From positions 2,394-66,393 of the forward strand of contig CAZGIM010000021.1 of NCBI GenBank assembly GCA_964525995.1: a stretch of 64,000 bases of DNA, read 5' to 3'. The position numbers and the translations under genes were made by a program. Numbering within the stretch: position 1 is the first letter of the stretch; every line of letters starts with the position of its first letter. Source of the stretch: an uncultured Prolixibacteraceae bacterium (GTDB lineage Bacteria; Bacteroidota; Bacteroidia; Bacteroidales; FEN-979). Below the pieces are notes generated by a model. The model did not search any database and was not told the origin of the DNA. It saw only the letters and a list, made by a program, of their open reading frames with translations. Positions 56,471 to 64,000 of the stretch are shown one piece after another.

Positions 56471-58189
56471 ATTTTCTTCATGCTCCTCTTTATCACTTCA
56501 TTGATAATCACCGTATCATATAGCATCAAACAGCAAAACAGTGGCTGGAATGTTTTTCACGCCGATGGAGGAGGATATTATTGTTATTTACCCACTCTAT
56601 TCTGTGCAAATTTTAATCCCGAATTGATACCCCTGGCACATATTGAAAAAATTGGTGCAAGTATATCGATCGACACCATTCATAATACCATTCAGACAAA
56701 ATATTACTATGGAACCGCATTGATGCAGTCTCCATTTTTTCTGGCCACACATATTATTGCAACAGTTTTTCAAATTCCTGAAGAAAATGGATTTGCCAGA
56801 ATTTATGAGCTTATGATCCATTTTGCAGCATCATTTTATCTGGTGCTGGGTTTGTTTATTCTCGAAAAATTTCTCGTTGTCCTGTTTCGGCCCCTGATCA
56901 GGTACTCAGTGGTTTTACTTTTGTTTGCAGGGACAAATCTGTATTATGTTACGCTGATGTCGCCCTCCATGTCGCACGTTTACTCTTTCTTTACCTTTTC
57001 ATTGTTTCTCTGGACAATGCAACAGTTCCTGGATTTCCAGCATTGGAAGTGGTTTTTGTTACTATCGGCATCGTTAGCGCTTTCCATTATTATTCGTCCT
57101 GTAAATGGCATAATCCTCCTGTTCTTTTTCTTTTGGCAAATAACATCATTAAAGGATGTTTTTCAAAGATTCCGTTTGTTCTTCAGGCCTGCGAATTTTA
57201 TAACATTTACGATATGTCTGATTTTGTTCTTTATACCACAAGTTTGTTACTGGAAATATGCTTGGGACTCGTATGTGGTGAATTCATATAAAGGTGAAGG
57301 TTTTATCAATTGGGCTCATCCATATCTGTTGGAAGTATGGTTTGCGCCAAAGAACGGATTATTCACAAATACACCGATAGTTTTATTCATGATCGGAGGT
57401 TTGATCATCATGATCTGGAATAAAATCAAGAGTGGATGGATAATATCAGTTCTTTTTTTTCTGGTCAGTTATTTAACAGCTTCCTGGTGGGCGTGGGAAA
57501 TGGGATGTGGGTTGGGTCATCGTGCTTTCGTTGAGTTTTACGCGATACTCAGTATTCCTCTTGGTTATTTCCTTACCTGGATTTTTCAAAACTGCCATAA
57601 AATCTTAACCATTTTTGTGGTAATAATTCTTATTTGTTTATGTTATTGCAATATTCTAACTGCATGGTCATTTTCAGGATGTTTCAATGGTGACACCTGG
57701 AATTTCAACCGTTATCTTGTTAATGTAATAAAAGCAGGCGTGTACCCGGGGAAGATTGTGTTGGCCAGCGTCGACCATTCTTTTGAATCCAATGAACTAA
57801 AAAACAATGCAACCAATACAATCAATGCATCAAGTAGTTTGGAAGTTCATACCTGGAATGAATTTATTTCAGGAGCTACAAAAGATTCAAAAGAATTTGG
57901 TTTCCTCTTACCCAATAAGGTGGAAGTAACTTGTAAAGTACGCGTGAATGTTCAATTGCCCACTTATGCAAGATTTGTCTTCTCGGTTGAACGTAACGAT
58001 AAACCTCTGGTCTGGCAATCGGTCGATATTGATCCTATGATAAAAAGCAAAGGTGCGTGGTATCATGTTCAGGTCAATTTTAAAATTCCCGAATGGGCGC
58101 TTGAAAACTCCATTCTCAGAGTTTATTGCTGGAATCCCGGCCATTCAAGCTTCTATCTGGATGATTTGATCATCAAATTTTGTCTTTAA
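56324..58189 (+). CDS. GT-C-like polytopic membrane protein with C-terminal YCWN-type beta-sandwich domain
   Basis: About 11 TM helices. First-loop motif FHADGGGYYCYLP. The C-terminal 140 aa ends in ILRVYCWNPGHSSFYLDDLIIKF. An alternative start at 56450 (MRKSLKLIFF) would leave the repeat element non-coding. Confidence 0.6.
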   Translation: MTESSSTNTGAESRPKFPPPEAGNLPETLKKNTAWYPLKTERMRKSLKLIFFMLLFITSLIITVSYSIKQQNSGWNVFHADGGGYYCYLPTLFCANFNPELIPLAHIEKIGASISIDTIHNTIQTKYYYGTALMQSPFFLATHIIATVFQIPEENGFARIYELMIHFAASFYLVLGLFILEKFLVVLFRPLIRYSVVLLLFAGTNLYYVTLMSPSMSHVYSFFTFSLFLWTMQQFLDFQHWKWFLLLSASLALSIIIRPVNGIILLFFFFWQITSLKDVFQRFRLFFRPANFITFTICLILFFIPQVCYWKYAWDSYVVNSYKGEGFINWAHPYLLEVWFAPKNGLFTNTPIVLFMIGGLIIMIWNKIKSGWIISVLFFLVSYLTASWWAWEMGCGLGHRAFVEFYAILSIPLGYFLTWIFQNCHKILTIFVVIILICLCYCNILTAWSFSGCFNGDTWNFNRYLVNVIKAGVYPGKIVLASVDHSFESNELKNNATNTINASSSLEVHTWNEFISGATKDSKEFGFLLPNKVEVTCKVRVNVQLPTYARFVFSVERNDKPLVWQSVDIDPMIKSKGAWYHVQVNFKIPEWALENSILRVYCWNPGHSSFYLDDLIIKFCL

Positions 58190-58380
58190 AATAATCCTTC
58201 AATTGGCAGTTATTACCACCTGAATGTCGTATGCTTTATTCAAATAGTATGAACTCCTGGGCGGAACCCCGGCCCAAGATTCTGCGGCAAGTCGCGGGAA
58301 AATTACCAAAAACATCAAATGAATAACCTGAAAAACATAAGGAAAACTCAGGGGAGTAAATCGAACCGTCCTTAAGCCAC
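58190..58380 (+). repeat. copy B of the ~190-bp direct repeat (decayed 5'-end remnant or structured element)
   Basis: Lies between convergent gene ends. It is homologous to the region spanning the upstream leader through the first codons of 56324..58189, but is interrupted by stops (..GGGGAGTAAATCG..). Confidence 0.6.
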
Positions 58381-58383
58381 TTT

Positions 58384-59364
58384 TTAGTTTACCGATTCTT
58401 GAATTATTTCCTCATTTTCAACAGAACAGTCTATCCTTTCCGAAATCAGATACAACGGCCGGTTGCGTGACTCTTCGACACCCCTCCAGATATATTCGCC
58501 AATTACACCTAGTGTTATGAGTTGAATCCCTCCTAAAAACAAGACCACGACCATAATGGAAGTCCACCCGGTTGGCCCGATTCCATTAAATATTTTATTC
58601 CAGATGAGAATAATTGAATAAAGAAATCCGACCAGGCTGATGAGGATCCCTAAATAAGAGATGAACCGGATGGGTGCAAAGGAAAAGGAGACAAAAGAAT
58701 CGATCGCAAGCTTGATCAGTTTCATGAAGGTAAAGGATGACTTGCCCGAATGACGTTCGTTCTGTTCATACCGGATAAAAGTCTGACGAAATCCCATCCA
58801 CGCTGCCATCCCTATAATCATGCGGTTGGTCTCTTTAAACCGGCTCCAGTGGTTACATATTTTTTTATCAAAAAGGAAAAATGCAGAGGGCCCTTCTTTT
58901 GGATAATTCTTTAACCCGGAAGCTTTGATAAATAACTTGTAAAATGATTTAGAGAGGACTTTTCCGATGACCGATTGTGCTCTTTTTTCCCGGATGGTCC
59001 AAACCACTTCATATCCTTCTTTCCATTTTTTTATCAGTTCACCAATTAATTCAGGAGGCTCCTGTAAATCGGCGCTTATCACGATGGCGGCATCGGAATC
59101 GGCAACATGTTCGATTCCGGCAGAGATTGCTATATGGCTCCCGAAATTTCTTGAAAGTTGCAGCGCCCTGATTTTCGAGTTGGTCTTTGAAAGTGATCGA
59201 ATGGTTTCAAAGGTGGCATCTGCGCTTCCGTCGTCAACAAGCAGGTATCTGAACGTAATACCGGGTATTGATCCGGTTGCCTGATCGAGCTTTATAATCA
59301 GTTGTTCCAGGTTTTTTTCCTCATTGAAACAAGGAACTACAATGGTAATATTATTTCCAGCCAT
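58384..59364 (-). CDS. polyprenyl-phosphate glycosyltransferase, GT2 (ArnC/GtrB/DPM1-like)
   Basis: ITIVVPCFNEE, LLVDDGSAD, SADLQEPPE and GKSSFTFMKLIKL, plus two C-terminal TM helices and GVIGEYI. Collinear with E. coli ArnC as I recall it. Confidence 0.85.
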   Translation of the reverse strand: MAGNNITIVVPCFNEEKNLEQLIIKLDQATGSIPGITFRYLLVDDGSADATFETIRSLSKTNSKIRALQLSRNFGSHIAISAGIEHVADSDAAIVISADLQEPPELIGELIKKWKEGYEVVWTIREKRAQSVIGKVLSKSFYKLFIKASGLKNYPKEGPSAFFLFDKKICNHWSRFKETNRMIIGMAAWMGFRQTFIRYEQNERHSGKSSFTFMKLIKLAIDSFVSFSFAPIRFISYLGILISLVGFLYSIILIWNKIFNGIGPTGWTSIMVVVLFLGGIQLITLGVIGEYIWRGVEESRNRPLYLISERIDCSVENEEIIQESVN

Positions 59365-59369
59365 ATCTT

Positions 59370-59897
59370 CTATTTTCTCATCTTTAACAACCTGGCAGGC
59401 ACTCCCGCGTAAACGGCAAAAGGGGGTACATCCCGGTTCACAACCGATCCGGCCCCGATGATACTGTTCCGGCCGATGGTAACACCGGGAAGAATTACCG
59501 ATCCGGTTCCGATATCGGCTCCATCCTCGATTATAACAGGTTTAAATGCAAGGGGAAGTTCGAGAACCGGCACATCGGGGTTTATATCATCGTGGTGTGA
59601 CGTCAGGATTTTTACCATTGGACCGATCCCGACAGCCTTCCCGATCTTCAATCCTCCTGCACTGTGAAAGAAACAACCCTGGCCGATCCAGGTATCCGTT
59701 CCAATCTCCATCATGGAGTCATAATAGCCTTTTAAAATAGCATGATGGCCAATATAAATATTAGAACCCAATACAATATTTTCGGGATGAAAAACCAAAA
59801 CTCCGGGTTCGAATATCACATTTTCACCGATCGATTTAAAATCACCTTCACGGAATTGTCCGTTACCATGCGATTTATATTGCTTTATCGGACTCAT
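59370..59897 (-). CDS. left-handed beta-helix (hexapeptide-repeat) sugar N-acetyltransferase-like protein
   Basis: Hexapeptide repeats (IGTGSVILPGVTIGRNSIIGAGSVV). 175 aa, located between the aminotransferase and the GT2 gene. Confidence 0.8.
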   Translation of the reverse strand: MSPIKQYKSHGNGQFREGDFKSIGENVIFEPGVLVFHPENIVLGSNIYIGHHAILKGYYDSMMEIGTDTWIGQGCFFHSAGGLKIGKAVGIGPMVKILTSHHDDINPDVPVLELPLAFKPVIIEDGADIGTGSVILPGVTIGRNSIIGAGSVVNRDVPPFAVYAGVPARLLKMRK

Positions 59898-59898
59898 G

Positions 59899-60999
59899 TT
59901 ACGCTGTCATTGATTTAACCTGATCACAAACATATTGTATCTCTTCATGACCGATGTATAAGCTTAACGGTAATGCAAGACCTTGTCTGAATGAACGTAA
60001 TGCATTGGGGAAATCATCGGAATTGAAGCCATATTTGTCCTTGTAAAATTTCAAAACATGTAATGCGTTTGCCCCATAGTTCGTCTCTATCCCGTTTTCA
60101 AATAATCTCTTTTTCAACATATCGCGGTTAAACCTTTCATCGACCAAAACGTGATAGGTTTGATAAACATTCGTTCTGCCCGGCAAAACGGCAGGGGTCT
60201 TAACAGTGGAACAACCTGATAACCCGACAGTGTATTGATCAGCAATTTCAATTCTTTTCCGGATATAACGATCAATCTCCAACATCTGACAATATCCCAA
60301 CGCAGCCTGGAAATCGGTCATCCGGTAATTAAACCCGGCAAGGGTAAAATCATTGAAACCATCGATTTGTTCAATGCCGTGATTCCTTAAAATCCTGAGC
60401 TTTGATGCAAGATCATCATCATTGGTGACGATGGCTCCACCTTCGCCTGTGGTAATGGCTTTACGGGGATGAAAGCTGAAACAGCCCAGAATTCCAAATG
60501 TCCCTGACTTTCTGTTCCGAAATTCCGTTCCTAAAGCGCACGCGGCATCCTCCACGACATGCAAGTTGTGTTTACGTGCAATTTGCATGACTTCATCCAT
60601 TCTGGCAGATTGCCCAAATTCGTGAACTGGCATTATGGCTTTAGTATTTCGTGTAATCGCCTGTTCGATTTTTCCGGTATCAATACAAAAGTCATCAAGA
60701 CCTATATCTACAAAAACAGGCCTGGCGCCAACAAGTTCGACAACGTTGGCTGTGGCGGGAAAAGTAAATGCCGGTACGATTACTTCGTCACCGGGTCCGA
60801 TACCCAGGCTCATCAGAGACAGGTGAAGCGCCGCGGTCCCGTTTGAAACAACCACAGCATGTTTTACATTCAGAAAAGCAGAAAGCTCCTTTTCAAACTT
60901 TAAAACATATTCACCCTGAACCAGATTGCCTGACTTCAGAACGGCTGTTGCGGCTTCAACAGCTTCAGGAGGGAAATAGGGTTTCGACAGCCTGATCAT
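59899..60999 (-). CDS. DegT/DnrJ/EryC1/StrS-family PLP-dependent sugar aminotransferase (ArnB/PglE-like)
   Basis: GNLVQGEYVLKFEKEL, SNGTAALHL, VHEFG and the PLP-lysine context FSFHPRKAITTGEGG. Confidence 0.9.
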   Translation of the reverse strand: MIRLSKPYFPPEAVEAATAVLKSGNLVQGEYVLKFEKELSAFLNVKHAVVVSNGTAALHLSLMSLGIGPGDEVIVPAFTFPATANVVELVGARPVFVDIGLDDFCIDTGKIEQAITRNTKAIMPVHEFGQSARMDEVMQIARKHNLHVVEDAACALGTEFRNRKSGTFGILGCFSFHPRKAITTGEGGAIVTNDDDLASKLRILRNHGIEQIDGFNDFTLAGFNYRMTDFQAALGYCQMLEIDRYIRKRIEIADQYTVGLSGCSTVKTPAVLPGRTNVYQTYHVLVDERFNRDMLKKRLFENGIETNYGANALHVLKFYKDKYGFNSDDFPNALRSFRQGLALPLSLYIGHEEIQYVCDQVKSMTA

Positions 61000-61002
61000 G
61001 GT

Positions 61003-61959
61003 TTATAATAAGTTTTTTTCAATCCACACGGCAGTTTTCCGGATACCCTCATCCAGATCGACTTTCGCAGTGAAATCAAGCATCGTTTTCATCTTTTCTA
61101 CTGAAGGAATTCTTAATTCGATATCAGCCGACAATGCAGGTTTAAAGAGAATTTTTGAATGGGAATTCAATACCCGGCACACTGTCTGAGCCAATCCGTA
61201 GGTGGTAACGACAGCCCTGGAGTTCCCGATATTAAAGGATTGTCCGATCGCAACCGGATTTTCAATGCACCGCATCAGTCCGTCAACAAAGTCGGTCACA
61301 AAGCACCAGGCCCTGATTTGATTCCCGTCACCATATATGTGGATATCATTATTTCGCAAGGCTTTTTTTATAAATATCTGCAACGCACCCTCCCCTGTTT
61401 GCCCGGGGCCATATACATTAAACGGGCGAACAGATACAGTGGGCAAACCAAATTCCTTAAAATAAGCCATATTCAGGTGCTCTCCCGCGAGTTTGCTTAC
61501 AGCATAAGTCCATCGGGCCTCCCCGGCGCTTCCTGATACCGTTTCCATTCCCTCGGTAACTTTGAAAGCCATACTGCCAAAGACTTCCGATGTGGAAAAG
61601 TCAACAAACCGGTCATTTACCTTATTTATTCTTGCTGCTTCTAAAACATTTGCAGTACCGATCATGTTAACCCTCATCGTATGCGTCGGTTTTTTAATGA
61701 CCGTATCAATACCCGCAATTGCCGCAGCATGGATGACAATATCCGATCCGGCCATGCTTGAAGTCACAAGATCTGCGTCGAGCACATCCCCCCTGATGAT
61801 TGTTAAATTCCTGTGACCTGAAAATGGACTGTTGGTTAAAGTATCCCGATGAAAATTATCATAAGCGGTGACTTTATTATGATCAATGAGTTTTCCGATA
61901 AGGGCATTCGCAATAAATCCGGCTCCTCCGGTAATAAAGATGTTTTTGCGCTGAATCAT
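61003..61959 (-). CDS. extended SDR NAD-dependent sugar-nucleotide enzyme, ArnA C-terminal/UXS-like (probable UDP-glucuronate oxidative decarboxylase)
   Basis: [10 protein letters not shown] Rossmann motif. The catalytic strings [19 protein letters not shown] and RPFNVYGP resemble STSEVYG, RWIYSVSKQ and RPFNWMGP of the E. coli ArnA decarboxylase domain. That comparison is from memory and needs a real alignment. Confidence 0.75.
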   Translation of the reverse strand: MIQRKNIFITGGAGFIANALIGKLIDHNKVTAYDNFHRDTLTNSPFSGHRNLTIIRGDVLDADLVTSSMAGSDIVIHAAAIAGIDTVIKKPTHTMRVNMIGTANVLEAARINKVNDRFVDFSTSEVFGSMAFKVTEGMETVSGSAGEARWTYAVSKLAGEHLNMAYFKEFGLPTVSVRPFNVYGPGQTGEGALQIFIKKALRNNDIHIYGDGNQIRAWCFVTDFVDGLMRCIENPVAIGQSFNIGNSRAVVTTYGLAQTVCRVLNSHSKILFKPALSADIELRIPSVEKMKTMLDFTAKVDLDEGIRKTAVWIEKNLL

Positions 61960-61979
61960 TTGAGTCGATAATGAGTAGG

Positions 61980-63920
61980 TTATAAATAAAAAACTTTACT
62001 TTCTGGGTTTATTAAATTGGAAATTCTGATACTTCGGATATCTATGGATGGGGTTTCAATAGTAAAAATAGTGATCCGATCATTGAATCTCGTATTATAT
62101 ACCGTGAATTCAACATTTTTTCCCGGACTTATTTCCTCATTTATATGGTTGACTTTAATTTTCGTTGTTTCTTGTGATAAAGGATCGAAACGTTTAAGTG
62201 ATAATGAGAATTGTTTGTATTTCGAATAATAAACCACCATTACTTTGTCCGAAGCTACAGAAATCAACGAATCGTTTTGCGAGGGAGGGGGCAGTTGGGC
62301 GAGTATAAGAAGCGCATCGTCTGATTTATATGCCTGGAAATATTCAATCCTGTAGCACGGATTTTGATCATTCCTGGTCAAATCAAGAAATGTTTTTTGA
62401 TCCCGGATCAGATTCTGAAGTATACCTGATTTACTAAGGATGTAGTAGGTCCATAAAAAGCCCTGCTCGGTAACGCCACTTGCCATATAAAACGGGTGTT
62501 CCCAAAGTTGGGCCGCATAAAAATTTGAGGATTGAGGAATGGATTTAAAAGCATCCGTTTTAATCATTTCATCCACAGTTTTCATTCTTACATTTGCCTG
62601 ATGAATGTCCTGCGTAACATAAAAATTAGAAAAATCGGTCAGGAAGCTGCAAATTACAAATCCACAGGAGATACAAAGGGTCAACATGTACCTCGGAATC
62701 GTATGGCATTTTGTGAAATTCAATAAAAAGGCACATAGCACCGACAGAAACAACACAACGCCAAACAGGGAAAAGAAAGTGGTAATATAACCCAACATTC
62801 CCTGGGTAGTAACATAAAGGGTATATTTTGAGGTCAGCGCCAGTGGGATATGCGGGAAAAAGGTAAACATAACGGAAAAAGCAAATCCGATCAATAAAAC
62901 TGAATATTTAACCTTAGGAATCCTGGCAAGAAGGAAAATACTCAAACAAAAAACGAGGATGGTCTTTACCAACCATTCGATATGTGCATGGGCGAATAAA
63001 TAAGGGACAATATTCCGGTATCCGTTTATTAAATCAGACTTATAGCCGAAAAAACCTTTTAATGAAACGTATTCCGTCAATGGGAACGCGGAATAGGAAA
63101 GACTCCATAGGACCCTGAAAAAAGTAGCGAATGTAATGTTTCCACCTTCCATTTTCGTACCTGCATAGTCGGTTGGGTGCGCATAACTGTATAAAATATA
63201 GGCTGCACCGTAAGCCAAGATAACAAGAATATAAGGAAGCAATTGAAAGAATACCGTTTTTAAAAACAGTAATCCCCTTTTGTTTTCGCAATAATTTTTT
63301 GAAATTACAGACAGGGCAGCAAATCCGACAAAAAGGATAAATACTTCGTAAAACAGCAATCCGATACCGAAAAGGAGGGCGGAAAAGATCAGAAACCGCT
63401 TTTTCATCGTATTTTGGTACCGGTATAGAAGGAGATACGCTGAAAGTATCAGTGAAAATGCGAAGGTGAAGTAAAACGGATAGGTAACAAACAGGCTGGT
63501 GTGCCTCGATACCTGGGCAACAATAAAAAACAACAAAACAAATAAACCTGCTATTTCCGTCGATTTAGTCAATATACGTACTATCCTGTAAAATAGATAA
63601 ATGCAGATACCGATTGGAATTATATGAAACAATTTTATTATAAACATATCATCAATTTCGTAGGGTAAATTGTGGAATATCCCAACGATTAAATAATAAA
63701 ACCTGCCCGACATCTCGGCAAGAAACCGTGAATTACTAAATTCCTTTCCAAATCGGGTATTCATATAATTAGCCATATCATCGGCCGACCCGATTCCTGT
63801 TCCAAATAAGGGAAAGAAAGTGATTAAAGCGATAATCAACAGGATCAGATAATAAAAGGTTTCTTTATTGATCTGGTACTTATTTCTCAACAGAATATCC
63901 GTAATTTTCATTTTCTTCAT
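61980..63920 (-). CDS. GT-C-like polytopic membrane protein (candidate periplasmic transferase of the operon)
   Basis: About 12 TM helices. First-loop motif GSADDMANY, similar to GGADNITHY in 52735..54903. Soluble C-terminal ~160 aa. First gene of a tightly packed 5-gene minus-strand operon. Confidence 0.55.
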   Translation of the reverse strand: MKKMKITDILLRNKYQINKETFYYLILLIIALITFFPLFGTGIGSADDMANYMNTRFGKEFSNSRFLAEMSGRFYYLIVGIFHNLPYEIDDMFIIKLFHIIPIGICIYLFYRIVRILTKSTEIAGLFVLLFFIVAQVSRHTSLFVTYPFYFTFAFSLILSAYLLLYRYQNTMKKRFLIFSALLFGIGLLFYEVFILFVGFAALSVISKNYCENKRGLLFLKTVFFQLLPYILVILAYGAAYILYSYAHPTDYAGTKMEGGNITFATFFRVLWSLSYSAFPLTEYVSLKGFFGYKSDLINGYRNIVPYLFAHAHIEWLVKTILVFCLSIFLLARIPKVKYSVLLIGFAFSVMFTFFPHIPLALTSKYTLYVTTQGMLGYITTFFSLFGVVLFLSVLCAFLLNFTKCHTIPRYMLTLCISCGFVICSFLTDFSNFYVTQDIHQANVRMKTVDEMIKTDAFKSIPQSSNFYAAQLWEHPFYMASGVTEQGFLWTYYILSKSGILQNLIRDQKTFLDLTRNDQNPCYRIEYFQAYKSDDALLILAQLPPPSQNDSLISVASDKVMVVYYSKYKQFSLSLKRFDPLSQETTKIKVNHINEEISPGKNVEFTVYNTRFNDRITIFTIETPSIDIRSIRISNLINPESKVFYL

Positions 63921-64000
63921 CGAAATTTCAATTTTTTACGCATCTAAAACCTGAAATAAATAAACGGGCTGAAACCGGTTGATGCGATGGTTGCAACGCA

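Overview
The window looks like a chromosomal segment from a Bacteroidota bacterium. Seven ORFs end in T9SS C-terminal sorting domains. It also carries gldH, an FrdCAB-type succinate dehydrogenase/fumarate reductase operon, a FISUMP-domain protein and TAnnTTTG-type -7 boxes. About 40 CDS are supportable. I saw no rRNA, tRNA, CRISPR array, transposase or integrase. Layout: (1) 1-2513 holds a TPR protein and an overlapping sigma-like/zf-HC2 anti-sigma pair. (2) 2610-16008 is a minus-strand string of secreted proteins built from a duplicated two-gene module (beta-helix protein plus a 1271/1370-aa T9SS multidomain protein) with an 861-aa relative between the copies. (3) 16357-20311 holds a FISUMP protein, a PAS-LuxR regulator, an alpha/beta hydrolase and pepP. 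(4) 20417-24386 is sdhCAB, interrupted by a four-helix-bundle (Avd/23S-IVS family) gene that is flanked by inverted heptad-repeat arms. (5) 24517-29349 is a 1610-aa T9SS protein with seven tandem Ig-like repeats. (6) 29692-34751 is holB, a PSP1-domain gene, gldH and PBP1A. (7) 34754-38474 holds two paralogous Ig/beta-propeller proteins. (8) 38554-63920 is an envelope and secreted-glycan region. It contains an LtaS-like sulfatase-fold enzyme, a GIY-YIG nuclease, a GH16-like lipoprotein, an FG-GAP anchored protein, a papain-like T9SS giant, an AlgJ-like protein, three GT-C-like polytopic membrane proteins, and a five-gene Arn-like operon. Most interesting observations: (a) An uncharacterised jelly-roll-like domain ending in a Y-I-W-N...DD signature is fused to four different membrane enzymes beside the Arn-like operon. 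(b) An identical promoter-like module (26-nt block, 22-nt spacer, TAnnTTTG) precedes both the PAS-LuxR gene and the duplicated adhesin operon. (c) The four-helix-bundle cassette sits precisely between sdhA and sdhB. (d) A ~190-bp direct repeat with a compensatory hairpin flanks one GT-C-like gene. All family assignments rest on motifs read by eye. No database search was run.
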